The notes beneath the pieces are model-generated. The model was not told the DNA's origin. It ran no database searches and saw nothing but the letters and a program-made list of their open reading frames with translations. From positions 1 through 64,000 of the IMG/VR virus record IMGVR_UViG_3300032287_002972: a stretch of 64,000 nucleotides of DNA; one strand, written 5' to 3'. This document shows, one piece after another, positions 1-9,713 of the stretch. How positions within the stretch are numbered: position 1 is the first letter of the stretch; each line of letters begins with the position of its first letter. This DNA is from a virus. Position numbers and translations under genes: made by a program.

Positions 1-123
1 CTAGATACTAGAGATCCTAGATACTAGAGATCCTAGATACTAGAGATCCTAGATACTAGAGATCCTAGATACTAGAGATCCTAGATACTAGAGATCCTAG
101 ATACTAGAGATCCTAGATACTAG
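1..123. repeat. Perfect 16-bp tandem repeat (CTAGATACTAGAGATC) x7 plus an 11-bp partial copy; runs to the window edge
   Basis: Units start at 1, 17, 33, 49, 65, 81 and 97, with a partial unit at 113-123. No spacers; unit length is not a multiple of 3. Confidence 0.97.
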
Positions 124-142
124 TATATAAAAAAATAAATAA

Positions 143-180
143 AAAAATCCCCAAATATTTCAAAATAAATGGGGATTTTT
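143..180 (-). terminator. Intrinsic terminator downstream of tail sheath gene
   Basis: AAAAATCCCCA...TGGGGATTTTT inverted repeat with A/T tracts, just past the sheath stop codon. Confidence 0.8.
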
Positions 181-198
181 GTATAAAAATAATTAAAG

Positions 199-3042
199 TT
201 AAATATTATCAAAGGATGCACCTGTAGGTGTTATGATAAATTCCAAATCAATAAATTCAAGTGATCTTGTCGGTTTTATATAAATCTTACCTCTAAGAGT
301 ATTTGCATCAATATCTTCTGGTTCGTTTGATACTGTTACACGGAATTCATATAAACCTCTTTCTCTTTTTATTGATTCTAATATCGGGTTTACTAATCTT
401 AAAAATTCATTTCTAACTTGTTCATCATTTTGTTCAAATAACAATCTAATAGCAACCGCAGAAATAAGTTTTCTGGATCTTAGTAACAATCTTCTAACAT
501 TTATTCTATCTAATGCAGATTCTCTAACTTGTAGAGTTTTATTTCCCCAAATTATGGTTCCAGTATCTGAAAAAGTAGCAATTGGATTAATTCTATTTTT
601 GTATAACTCATCTCTTTCATCTAAAGTTAATTTTTTAGTTGCTTTAATAGACTTTACTAAACCTCTAGAATAACCCGCAACTGCAAACCATGGAAAAGAT
701 ACATTATCTGTTAATGCAATATTTCTTACAACTTCACCTGTTGGTGGTATAAAAAGTTGTGTTGCATTATCTGCATCTCTAACTTGTATCCACGGCCAAT
801 ATGTTGCAGAATAATTTGTATCCAAAGAAACACTATCTAATGCGTCTACAACTTCTTCAACGGTTGAATAATTTGGTGGTGAAATTACATATAGTGAATC
901 TGCTCTTTCATTTTCAATCATATCAATTGCTTGTGATGTCAATGAACTGTGGTCGTAAAAATTAATTCCAGGGGTTGCAAAAATATTAATATTTACTGCT
1001 TCAGGATTAGCAAATGTGTTTATACCTTCTAAATACGCATAATAGTCTGAATTTCCAACTGAAGTATTAAATAAACCTCCATTTGATGTGTTACCATTCA
1101 CATATGTTGTTTTACCAAAAATATATTGGTCACCATATGTTCTAACTTGTCTGTATATATCCCAACCATCATAACCACCACATACCGCAAATGTAAACTT
1201 ACGATAATTTATATTTGTTAAAACATTATCAACACCTAATTGACTTTCTAAATTATATGGTGTTGTTATAAATGTAGTGCCTGTTATTGTTAAAGCGTTT
1301 GATGATAAATGAAATCCACTTGTTGAATCGATTGCGTTAGCACCTTTAAATTTAAATAAATCTTTATCAAATCCTACTTGAGAAGATAAACCAAAACTTA
1401 TTTTTTTAACTTTATCACCTGAAGATTGTATTTCAGTACCATCCGTATTGTATCCAATAATATCACCCGCATCATAAAATTCAGTTTTATACATTACTGA
1501 ACCCATTGTTGATCCAGAAAATGAAGTGTTATTTATAAATCCTTTAAAACCAGCAGGAAATGTATCTGATGGATGATTCGGAGCCATACTTAACATGATA
1601 TATTTTGATCTTAATTCATATTCTGTATCTGAAGTACCAACTTTTCTGGCAACATATCCAGGTAAATCAGGGTTCATTGAACATCTTGTGAATTTTTCAA
1701 CAACAACTTGATTTTCATCGGTATCATTAAAATCTCTTACTAGTAAATCAAATTCACCAGTTTCAACATTAATGTTTATTATTGAAATTTTAACTTGTTC
1801 ATTTGCGGCATTTCCGTCTGAAATTGTGATTACTTGAAATAAATCAGAAACTTTTCCTCCTCTTACTTCTGAAACAACCATTGGTGAAATAGGTGTGTCC
1901 CATTGAGAAGCAAAATTATTTCCTTCAGATACATAAACTTCTTCTAAACTTAAACCTCTAATATATCCTTGTTTAAATGATGATGATAAATAATTTGGGT
2001 ATGTTTCGTATACATAAATTGGAATATCACTTTTAGGTTTATCGAATACATCTGTACCTAATACTTTTGTCACGTATTTTGAAGATGTCGTATCCATGGA
2101 ACAAGTAAACGTTTTTGGTCCACTTGTTGAACCGGTTACATTAATTGTGAATTCTGATAATGGATTTTTCAATAATTCATCACCACTAATATTAAATTGA
2201 GTATTTCCTGTTGTTTCAAGTAACAATGTTTGTCCAGAATATGAACCTCTTGGTCTAAAAGATACAACAACTTGACCATCATAATCTGTTAATAATGTTG
2301 AATTATAGGTAAATTTAGTTACGTTAAACGAAGTAGTTGATGAATTATAAACAAATAAATAAGAATATACTTGAGTACCATTACTATTACATAATTGATT
2401 ATACCATTCTTTATTATGTGGACTAGATATGTTAGAAACGCCAGTCAGTAATGATACTTGTTCATCACTTGAAGTTAAACCAGTAATTTGAGATTCAGGT
2501 ACTTGTCCAATAACAAACCATTCTCCATCATTTGAAATAGTATTTGAACTATAATTAGTGAAGATATAGTCTGAAAAAGTATCTCCATCATATGATGTGA
2601 TACCAGATAAAGTATTATAAAATGTACTTCCTGTTATATCATTTACTGTTGATGGGTCACATGTTCCTGTTGTTGATACACTAAGAGAACCTAATTTAAC
2701 ACCTCCTAAAGTTTTTATTGAATACGTTTTAACAGGTTTATAACCTGTTAAACCTAAAATTTTAGTTACAAAAAGTTGATTAGATTCTTCAAGATATGAT
2801 TTTGCAATATATGGTAATTCATATTTAGGATTACCATTACCATCTTTAACTGGTGTTGAACCACCAAAATATAATTTAAATTCATCATAATTACTTATAA
2901 GTATAGGTTCAAAAGCAGGACCTTTTAATGTTTCACCAACTAAACCAAGAGTTGTTACACCCACACTTTGAGCAACAAATGTTAAATCTTTTTCAGATGT
3001 ATATACACCTGGAGATACGAATACTCTATTTGAATTTGCCAT
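199..3042 (-). CDS. gp18: Contractile tail sheath protein (T4 gp18-like)
   Basis: N-terminal FVSPGVYTSEKDLT...GETLKGP; C-terminal YWPW, PWFAVAGYSRG, RINPI, IWGNKTL, RINVRRLL, IKPTRSLEFI. Confidence 0.97.
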   Translation of the reverse strand: MANSNRVFVSPGVYTSEKDLTFVAQSVGVTTLGLVGETLKGPAFEPILISNYDEFKLYFGGSTPVKDGNGNPKYELPYIAKSYLEESNQLFVTKILGLTGYKPVKTYSIKTLGGVKLGSLSVSTTGTCDPSTVNDITGSTFYNTLSGITSYDGDTFSDYIFTNYSSNTISNDGEWFVIGQVPESQITGLTSSDEQVSLLTGVSNISSPHNKEWYNQLCNSNGTQVYSYLFVYNSSTTSFNVTKFTYNSTLLTDYDGQVVVSFRPRGSYSGQTLLLETTGNTQFNISGDELLKNPLSEFTINVTGSTSGPKTFTCSMDTTSSKYVTKVLGTDVFDKPKSDIPIYVYETYPNYLSSSFKQGYIRGLSLEEVYVSEGNNFASQWDTPISPMVVSEVRGGKVSDLFQVITISDGNAANEQVKISIININVETGEFDLLVRDFNDTDENQVVVEKFTRCSMNPDLPGYVARKVGTSDTEYELRSKYIMLSMAPNHPSDTFPAGFKGFINNTSFSGSTMGSVMYKTEFYDAGDIIGYNTDGTEIQSSGDKVKKISFGLSSQVGFDKDLFKFKGANAIDSTSGFHLSSNALTITGTTFITTPYNLESQLGVDNVLTNINYRKFTFAVCGGYDGWDIYRQVRTYGDQYIFGKTTYVNGNTSNGGLFNTSVGNSDYYAYLEGINTFANPEAVNINIFATPGINFYDHSSLTSQAIDMIENERADSLYVISPPNYSTVEEVVDALDSVSLDTNYSATYWPWIQVRDADNATQLFIPPTGEVVRNIALTDNVSFPWFAVAGYSRGLVKSIKATKKLTLDERDELYKNRINPIATFSDTGTIIWGNKTLQVRESALDRINVRRLLLRSRKLISAVAIRLLFEQNDEQVRNEFLRLVNPILESIKRERGLYEFRVTVSNEPEDIDANTLRGKIYIKPTRSLEFIDLEFIITPTGASFDNI

Positions 3043-3159
3043 TTTAAATTTTTTTATTATTTATTTCTTATTTTATAAATATCTTTATATTTAGCAAAGA
3101 TTTTTTTATCTTTCTTTTAAATAATAAAAAAATATCTTTTTATATCTTATATTATCTTT

Positions 3160-3321
3160 ATGGAAAAAATAGAATTAAAGAACATTAAAATAAGTAAAAA
3201 ACATCACGAAATTTTAAAAGAACATTGTGATAAAAATGGTTATAAAATGTATAAAATAATCCAAAAATGGATTGAAGAAAATTGTAACATAAAGAAAAAA
3301 GATATTTATGGTGAAAATTAA
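3160..3321 (+). CDS. 53-aa ribbon-helix-helix-like DNA-binding protein (not in ORF track)
   Basis: My translation: MEKIELKNIKISKKHHEILKEHCDKNGYKMYKIIQKWIEENCNIKKKDIYGEN*. Beta-strand/helix/G/helix pattern of RHH proteins; divergent from the sheath gene. Confidence 0.7.
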   Translation: MEKIELKNIKISKKHHEILKEHCDKNGYKMYKIIQKWIEENCNIKKKDIYGEN

Positions 3322-3786
3322 CTTAAATAAACTACACCTATTTTTGCTCCAATAAAAGGTATACCTAAAAGTTTAATTTTATTTGTGTCCGAAACTTCAT
3401 AGTTTATAGTTTCTTCTTGATGAAGTCCATTTATATCTAAACTAATAACACTATCAATTGGTGATGTTGTGGTAAATTCTATCGAACTACCATCATATAT
3501 AAATTTTTGATGTGTTACACTAAGAGGTTTATCAGATGTATTTTTATAATTAGGATTTCTACGTTTAAAATTTCTCATATTTAATTTTTTAATTAACTTA
3601 AATAAACTACACCTATTTTTGCTCCAATAAAAGGTATACCTAAAAGTTTAATTTTATTTGTGTCCGAAACTTCATATCCAACATTTTCTTCTTCAACTAA
3701 ACCATTTATATCTAAACTAATAACACTATCAATTGGTGATGTTGTGGTAAATTCTATCGAACTTCCATCATATATGAAATTTTGAT
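3316..3786. repeat. ~195-bp near-identical direct repeat (3316-~3510 and 3591-~3786)
   Basis: Both copies begin AATTAACTTAAATAAACTACACC; differences cluster in one ~26-nt patch. Confidence 0.92.
3318..3578 (-). CDS. 86-aa protein duplicating the C-terminal beta domain of 3593..4846
   Basis: FIYDGSSIEFTTTSPIDSVISLDINGL...YEVSDTNKIKLLGIPFIGAKIGVVYLS is nearly identical to the neighbour's C-terminus. Confidence 0.7.
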   Translation of the reverse strand: MRNFKRRNPNYKNTSDKPLSVTHQKFIYDGSSIEFTTTSPIDSVISLDINGLHQEETINYEVSDTNKIKLLGIPFIGAKIGVVYLS

Positions 3787-4846
3787 AAAATACATTAAGT
3801 AGTTTTCCAAATGTGTTTATAAAATTTTCATCTTTACCATTATAATATGTTATTTTTATATCTGAACCATCAATTGGTGGTTCAGAAAATGTTATTTTAG
3901 ATGTTTTATATATATGGAAATAATCTTCATCTCTGATTTGAACAAGACCATTTATTGTTACAGTAAATAAAACATTAATTGACTCATCAACACTAAAAGA
4001 AGTTTGTTCTCCATCACTAGAAAAAGACGCGATAGTAACTTCAATTGTTTTAAAAATATATTTTTTTGCAAAATTATTACTTTTAATAAATTCATTTAAT
4101 AAAAATAATCTACTAATAGCAGGTTTTACTTCAAACTCTTCATCATCAATTAAAAATCCTAACATTAAAAATGAATATGTTTGTATATAAAATCTTCTAT
4201 TTTCTAAAGAATCCATTGGAGTACTATCCTCTATTCTTTCTAAAATTATTGGTATATAGTGACCTTTTACGCTGGTATACGATTGACGTGATGAAAATTT
4301 TTGTAATATTTTTTTATTAAAAAGATTTATATCTCTTAACTTAGTACAAACCACAGTAACATCAAAAGATAAATCAACCGCAATAGGTTGTGGTATTTTA
4401 TAAATATCAGCACCCATTTGAGTACCATTCCACGTTGGAACTGATGAGTAAAAAAATTGTCTTCTATCAGGTATAGTTCTATGTATTGCAGGATTTGATC
4501 CGAATTGAACGTCAGGTTTTCTTATTATCGCAATAAATGGTAATTTTATATTTCCATCACTGTCAGAAAAAGACCAATTGTTTGAAATTTCACCCCATCT
4601 TTGTATTGTTAAAATTTTAGAAATAATAGGGATTTCTTCACCATCAGAAGTTATTTTAAAATTTTCTTTTATAAAATTTAACATACCTAAATCAAGATCT
4701 TCATGAAGAATTGAATCGGGTAAGAAAGTATCTGATTTTGTGATTCTTTCCAATAATTCTTTTCTTCTACCTTTAACAGTAGATTCGTTTAAATTATCTC
4801 TATTAGTGTAAACCTGTATGTCATTTTTTCTTTTAGGTAGTCCCAT
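3593..4846 (-). CDS. Tail completion/terminator protein (gp15-like) with C-terminal beta-repeat domains
   Basis: Lies between the neck gene and the sheath; KLPFIAIIRK and P-x-A-V-D-L-S-F-D-V pattern; two C-terminal 'DG..SF...INGL..Y....I' domains. Confidence 0.55.
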   Translation of the reverse strand: MGLPKRKNDIQVYTNRDNLNESTVKGRRKELLERITKSDTFLPDSILHEDLDLGMLNFIKENFKITSDGEEIPIISKILTIQRWGEISNNWSFSDSDGNIKLPFIAIIRKPDVQFGSNPAIHRTIPDRRQFFYSSVPTWNGTQMGADIYKIPQPIAVDLSFDVTVVCTKLRDINLFNKKILQKFSSRQSYTSVKGHYIPIILERIEDSTPMDSLENRRFYIQTYSFLMLGFLIDDEEFEVKPAISRLFLLNEFIKSNNFAKKYIFKTIEVTIASFSSDGEQTSFSVDESINVLFTVTINGLVQIRDEDYFHIYKTSKITFSEPPIDGSDIKITYYNGKDENFINTFGKLLNVFYQNFIYDGSSIEFTTTSPIDSVISLDINGLVEEENVGYEVSDTNKIKLLGIPFIGAKIGVVYLS

Positions 4847-4856
4847 TTTTTATATT

Positions 4857-5369
4857 TTATATACCTCTAAATTCTGATTCTTGTGCCGGAACACAAAGTA
4901 TCGTTCTATAGTGTGGTTTAAAACCAAACATATTATGTTTATTATCTGATGTAACTTTTCCATCATTTACTACTGTATAATATCTTACCTTTTCCTCTGA
5001 TTCAGGATAACCAATAAAATCACCATATCTTATATCTATTTTTAATTCTTCTAAGTGAGAAATATAAACAGAAACTGTCATGTTACCAGGTTCTAAATAT
5101 CTATTTAATCCTGTTTTATAAGTCGTGTTTTTAGGTTCATCAATTTTAACTAAACCATTAAATTCAACAGGTGGGAAAAATTTTATTTGGTCTTTTCCAA
5201 CTTCACCATAAACATTATCTATATCAGTCTTTTGTGTATTAATTCTAAAAAGAACTAATTTCATATTAATATCTCCATGAAGATATTCTTGACCTATCTG
5301 TTGATTTAATTTAAAATCATCTTCAGAAAAAAATTTAGTGATTCTTGTTATCGGTAATCTATTTTTCAT
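4857..5369 (-). CDS. Neck/head-closure protein (gp14-like)
   Basis: DNVYGE motif, IRYGDFI, size and synteny. Confidence 0.55.
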   Translation of the reverse strand: MKNRLPITRITKFFSEDDFKLNQQIGQEYLHGDINMKLVLFRINTQKTDIDNVYGEVGKDQIKFFPPVEFNGLVKIDEPKNTTYKTGLNRYLEPGNMTVSVYISHLEELKIDIRYGDFIGYPESEEKVRYYTVVNDGKVTSDNKHNMFGFKPHYRTILCVPAQESEFRGI

Positions 5370-5373
5370 ACAT

Positions 5374-5381
5374 TATAAATA
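5374..5381 (-). promoter_or_regulatory. Putative late promoter TATTTATA, 4 nt before the neck-gene ATG
   Basis: Same motif recurs on the coding strand before many structural genes. Confidence 0.65.
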
Positions 5382-5382
5382 G

Positions 5383-5413
5383 TTTGTAAAATAGATTTTA
5401 TTTCGTATATTTG
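5383..5413 (+). promoter_or_regulatory. Bacteroidota-type housekeeping promoter TTTG-N19-TATATTTG for the helicase
   Basis: TTTG at 5383-5386 and TATATTTG at 5406-5413, 19 nt apart; matches the -33/-7 TAnnTTTG consensus. Confidence 0.7.
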
Positions 5414-5418
5414 TTCAT

Positions 5419-8271
5419 ATGGAAACAAAAATACCTGAAATAGAAGCTAGAGATTTATTATTAAAATATGAAGGTTTTAATAATCAAATATTAGAATGGA
5501 AATATAAAATTATTACAAATAAAAAATATAATTTAACACGTACTCAATCTGAGTATATTATTAAATTTTATAATATTATTCCTAAAGTCGCTAAAAAGTA
5601 TATAACAATAACTAAAAGTTTTGCTGAAAAATTAATGGTAGATAAAAATTTATCATCTTTAACTGAAAAAATTTGGTGTGAAAAATTATTGTGTGAAAGT
5701 GATAAAGCATATCACATTTGGGGTAAAATATCTGAAAATGAAAATAATCATGCGTTTTGGTTACCAAAATTTTCTATAATACAGGAAGAAAAAAAATTAA
5801 ACAAAGTTATTGATTATTCACCCTATTCTCATAGAGAACCTATGAATCATCAAAAAGAAGCAATAGAAAAATTATTATCGAATAAAAAATTTATCTTAGC
5901 TGACGACATGGGCGTGGGTAAAGGACTGATTATCAGTACTTTAGTGTATACTCCAAACGGAACTAAAAAAATTGGAGATATAATTGTAGGTGATAAAGTA
6001 ATAGGGTCCGATGGAAATCAATGTACAGTAATTGGTGTTTTTCCTCAAAAAAAACAAGATATTTACGAAGTAACATTTAATGACGGTTATAAGATAGTAA
6101 CTGATGGGTCACATTTATGGTCGGTCTCATCACCTAACTATGGTAAAAATACAAAAAATGAAAGATTAAAAAAATCGTTAATTTTATCTACAAAACAAAT
6201 GTTTGAAGGGGGGGTAATAACAATAAAAGGTGACGGGTATAATTCAGAAAAAAATTATAACATTGAAACTTATTATAAATCTCCAAATGGTAATAACAAA
6301 TGGCAAATTCCAATTGTTAATCCAATAAAATTTAATAATGATAATGAATTACCAATAGAACCATACTTACTTGGATTGTGTCTTGGTGATGGACATTTTA
6401 ACAAGGAAAAATGTACTTTTGTGGTACATCAAGATGATTATGATGAATTATTTGGTAATTATAACCTAACACCTTTAAAAACCAAACCAAATTTAAAGGG
6501 CGGTAAAATTTTTTTAGGTGAAAATACTGATAGAATTGGATTATTAGAATCTCGTTCTCATAATAAATTTATACCTGAGATATATAAATATTCCTCCATT
6601 GAGAACCGACTTGCAATATTACAAGGTTTAATGGATACAGACGGTCATTGTATGTTATCAAAAAATGGTTCTTTTAGAGGAACTGAATATTCAACAATTT
6701 CTGAAAAATTATGTGATGATGTGTGTGAAATTGTTCAAACACTAGGTGGAATTGCAAGAAAAAAATCAAGAATTAGTTTTTATAAAAAAGATGGTAAACG
6801 TGTGGAATGTTCAAAATCTTACCGTGTAAATATAAAACTACCATCAGGGATGAATCCGTTTCGTTTAAAACGAAAGTCAGAAAGATACAATGAACCTCAA
6901 AAATATCCAACTGGTAGGTATATTAAAAATATAGAAAAAATTGGTAAGGAAAATACGGTATGTATATCCGTTGATGCACCTGATAAGTTATATGTTGCTG
7001 AACATTGTATTGTTACACACAATACCACATCAGCAATTATTGCATCATTAGAAAGTGAATCAAAGAAAGTTTTAATTATTTGTCCATCATCATTAAAAAT
7101 AAATTGGTACAGAGAAATTAAAAATTATTCTGATAAAAACATATTAATTGTTGAAGGTAAAAATTGGGAACCAACATTTGATTTTTATATTATTAATTAT
7201 GATATTATAAAAAATTATCATAGTATAGATAAAACAGAAAACATTGAATCATATAAGTTAATAGAAAAAGAAAACTTTGATTTAGTTATTATTGACGAGG
7301 CACATTATATTTCGAATCCTACAGCACAGAGAACTAAATTGATTAATGATTTGGTTAAGAACATCCCAAAAGTTTGGTTATTAACAGGGACACCAATGAC
7401 ATCAAGACCTATCAACTATTATAATTTATTAAAAATTGTTGATTCTCCAATTGCGGCAAATTGGCAAGGATATGTTAAAAGATATTGTGCTGGTTATCAA
7501 TTTAACGTGGGAGGTAAAAAAATATGGAATACTAATGGGTCATCTAATTTAGATGAACTTAGAGAAAGAACTAAAAATATTGTTCTAAGAAGAATGAAAA
7601 CAGATATTTTAGATTTACCAGAAAAAATAGTTAGTCCAATATTTTTAGATTTAGCTAGTACTTTTTATAGTGATGAATTGGAAGATTTTATACGAATTTC
7701 AAAAGATAATAAAAATAAAGAATCTTTAACGGTAACAATAAATCGTTTAATGAAATTAAGACAAGTCATTGCATTTGAAAAAGTACCCTATACTTGTGAA
7801 TTAATTGATAAAGTTATTGAACAAGGAAAGAAAGTTATTGTATTCACAAATTTCACATCAAGTTTAGATATGTTACATGAAAAATATAAAAAAAATTCGG
7901 TAATTCTTGATGGTAGAATGTCAAAAGAAAAAAGACAACAGAGTGTAGATAAATTTCAAAATGATGAAAAAATAAAAATATTTATATCAAATATCAAAGC
8001 GGGTGGTGTAGGTATTACCTTAACATCGGCTGAGTTTGTAATAATGAATGATTTATCTTTTGTTCCTTCTGACCACTCACAAGCAGAAGATAGAGCATAT
8101 AGATATGGACAAAAAAATAGTGTTTTAGTTTATTATCCTGTATTTGAAAATACTATTGAAATGATAATTTATAATATTTTACAAAAAAAGAAAAATATTA
8201 TCGATCAAGTTATGGGTGATGGGGAATATTCAGAAAGTTTTGCCAATTTATTATTGAGTGAGATTCTCTAA
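5419..8271 (+). CDS. SNF2-family helicase containing an intein
   Basis: LADDMGVGK|T Walker A, IIDEAH, LLTGTP, AGGVGITLT, QAEDRAYRYGQ. Confidence 0.95.
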   Translation: METKIPEIEARDLLLKYEGFNNQILEWKYKIITNKKYNLTRTQSEYIIKFYNIIPKVAKKYITITKSFAEKLMVDKNLSSLTEKIWCEKLLCESDKAYHIWGKISENENNHAFWLPKFSIIQEEKKLNKVIDYSPYSHREPMNHQKEAIEKLLSNKKFILADDMGVGKGLIISTLVYTPNGTKKIGDIIVGDKVIGSDGNQCTVIGVFPQKKQDIYEVTFNDGYKIVTDGSHLWSVSSPNYGKNTKNERLKKSLILSTKQMFEGGVITIKGDGYNSEKNYNIETYYKSPNGNNKWQIPIVNPIKFNNDNELPIEPYLLGLCLGDGHFNKEKCTFVVHQDDYDELFGNYNLTPLKTKPNLKGGKIFLGENTDRIGLLESRSHNKFIPEIYKYSSIENRLAILQGLMDTDGHCMLSKNGSFRGTEYSTISEKLCDDVCEIVQTLGGIARKKSRISFYKKDGKRVECSKSYRVNIKLPSGMNPFRLKRKSERYNEPQKYPTGRYIKNIEKIGKENTVCISVDAPDKLYVAEHCIVTHNTTSAIIASLESESKKVLIICPSSLKINWYREIKNYSDKNILIVEGKNWEPTFDFYIINYDIIKNYHSIDKTENIESYKLIEKENFDLVIIDEAHYISNPTAQRTKLINDLVKNIPKVWLLTGTPMTSRPINYYNLLKIVDSPIAANWQGYVKRYCAGYQFNVGGKKIWNTNGSSNLDELRERTKNIVLRRMKTDILDLPEKIVSPIFLDLASTFYSDELEDFIRISKDNKNKESLTVTINRLMKLRQVIAFEKVPYTCELIDKVIEQGKKVIVFTNFTSSLDMLHEKYKKNSVILDGRMSKEKRQQSVDKFQNDEKIKIFISNIKAGGVGITLTSAEFVIMNDLSFVPSDHSQAEDRAYRYGQKNSVLVYYPVFENTIEMIIYNILQKKKNIIDQVMGDGEYSESFANLLLSEIL
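5923..7023 (+). mobile_element. 367-aa intein with LAGLIDADG homing endonuclease in helicase Walker A; class-3 signature
   Basis: Begins GLIISTLVYTPNG, block B DGSHLW, LAGLIDADG motifs LLGLCLGDG and LQGLMDTDG, block F VCISVD, ends IVTHN|T. Removal restores GVGKT. Confidence 0.93.
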
Positions 8272-8529
8272 ATAATTTAACATTTCATTTATTTTATTTT
8301 CAGATTCAATATTTTTTATGATATTTTTCCACCCATTAAATATCACTTCTTCGTTATATTCATTAATATTTTTTGGAATCACAACAGAAACAGTTTTTTC
8401 AGATTCATTAAATTCTAATGAAGTTTTATCGGTTACGTCCATATTATATTGTAATCTTTTTTCCATACAATATATAAAAAATTCATAAAATATTTTTGTT
8501 TTAAATATTTCGTTATTTGAGTTTTCCAT
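8251..8529 (-). CDS. Hypothetical protein
   Basis: 92-aa ORF filling the gap between helicase and neck gene. Confidence 0.55.
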   Translation of the reverse strand: MENSNNEIFKTKIFYEFFIYCMEKRLQYNMDVTDKTSLEFNESEKTVSVVIPKNINEYNEEVIFNGWKNIIKNIESENKINEMLNYLENLTQ

Positions 8530-8575
8530 ATTTAATATTTATAGTTAAATATAACACTATTTATTAATAAAAAAA

Positions 8576-9694
8576 ATGGCATCAACAATAATCACATCAA
8601 CAGAAAGAGAAAAGTTATTCACTCAAGTACTACATGTTTTAGGAATGCCTGTTAGAGGTGTTGAATTAACTGAAGAACAAATGGATACTTTTCTAGAATT
8701 ATCTATATCAGAATACGAACAATATGTTAGTGATTGGTTAATTGAATCACAATGGTCAGCATTAGCTGGTTTAAATGTCGATAACCAATCTTTAAGTAGA
8801 GCCTTTACAACAAGAAGTTTAGATTATGAGACACAATATACACATTCATATTCTAAAATTGTTGGATTACAAGCAGGTGGTGATTCTGAATTAAAAAAAG
8901 ATTATATTTCGTTAAGTGCAAATACACAAACATACATAATCCCTGCAGGACGAGAGATAAATGAATTACTGTGGTTTAGTCGGGCCGAATTAACTGACTC
9001 GATTGTTGACCCATTTTTAGGTGGTTTTGGTGGACTTGGTGGTGTTGCGTTTGGTGGAGTTGGTGGATTCGCTCAACAAGGTTCATCTGGGTCATATTTT
9101 ATGTTACCCGCATATGATTTATTACTTCGTATGCAAGATAGAAATGTTAAAAATCGTTTAATTGGTGGTGAACTAACATATAGAGTTACTGCCGGACCTA
9201 ATGGTACTAAAGTTGTACATTTATATAATGTTCCTGGAGGTAGATTTGATTTTGGTTCTATTCGTAATAATAGACAAAAAGTATGGTATTGGTATTATGA
9301 AACAACAGGTTCAGATACATGTATTGATAAAAATGATGGTATCGTAAAACTACCTTCTGATGTTGAAACAGAAGAATTAACATGGGATATGTTAAATAAA
9401 CCATCAAGAAATTGGATTAGAAAATATTTTATAGCTTACTCAAAAGAAGGTTTATCTAGAATTTGGAGTAAATTTTCTGGTGATTTACAAGTACCTGATA
9501 GTACAATAAAACTTGATTATCAATCTTTACAAACTGAAGCTAAAGATGAAAAATTAAAATTAGTCGAGGAATTAATGCAAAGATTAGAAAGACTTAGACC
9601 AGAAAAAATTCTTGAGAGAAAAGGTGCTGAGGCAGAAAATCTTAATAAGGCATTAAAGTATAGACCAATGCAATCACCGTATAATGTAATATAA
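8576..9694 (+). CDS. Neck/head-tail adaptor protein (T4 gp13-like)
   Basis: LGMPVRGVELTEEQMDTFLELSISEY resembles the gp13 N-terminus; C-terminal W-S-K-F...P...LD...EA..E; TATTTAT at 8558-8564. Confidence 0.75.
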   Translation: MASTIITSTEREKLFTQVLHVLGMPVRGVELTEEQMDTFLELSISEYEQYVSDWLIESQWSALAGLNVDNQSLSRAFTTRSLDYETQYTHSYSKIVGLQAGGDSELKKDYISLSANTQTYIIPAGREINELLWFSRAELTDSIVDPFLGGFGGLGGVAFGGVGGFAQQGSSGSYFMLPAYDLLLRMQDRNVKNRLIGGELTYRVTAGPNGTKVVHLYNVPGGRFDFGSIRNNRQKVWYWYYETTGSDTCIDKNDGIVKLPSDVETEELTWDMLNKPSRNWIRKYFIAYSKEGLSRIWSKFSGDLQVPDSTIKLDYQSLQTEAKDEKLKLVEELMQRLERLRPEKILERKGAEAENLNKALKYRPMQSPYNVI

Positions 9695-9713
9695 AATATT
9701 ATGAACTTATTGA

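Noticed and set aside
1-123. CRISPR array
   Set aside because: Repeats are contiguous with no spacers, only 16 bp long, and no cas genes are in the window.
3316-3786. DGR template/variable repeat pair
   Set aside because: Mismatches are not adenine-specific on either strand, and no reverse transcriptase is in the window.
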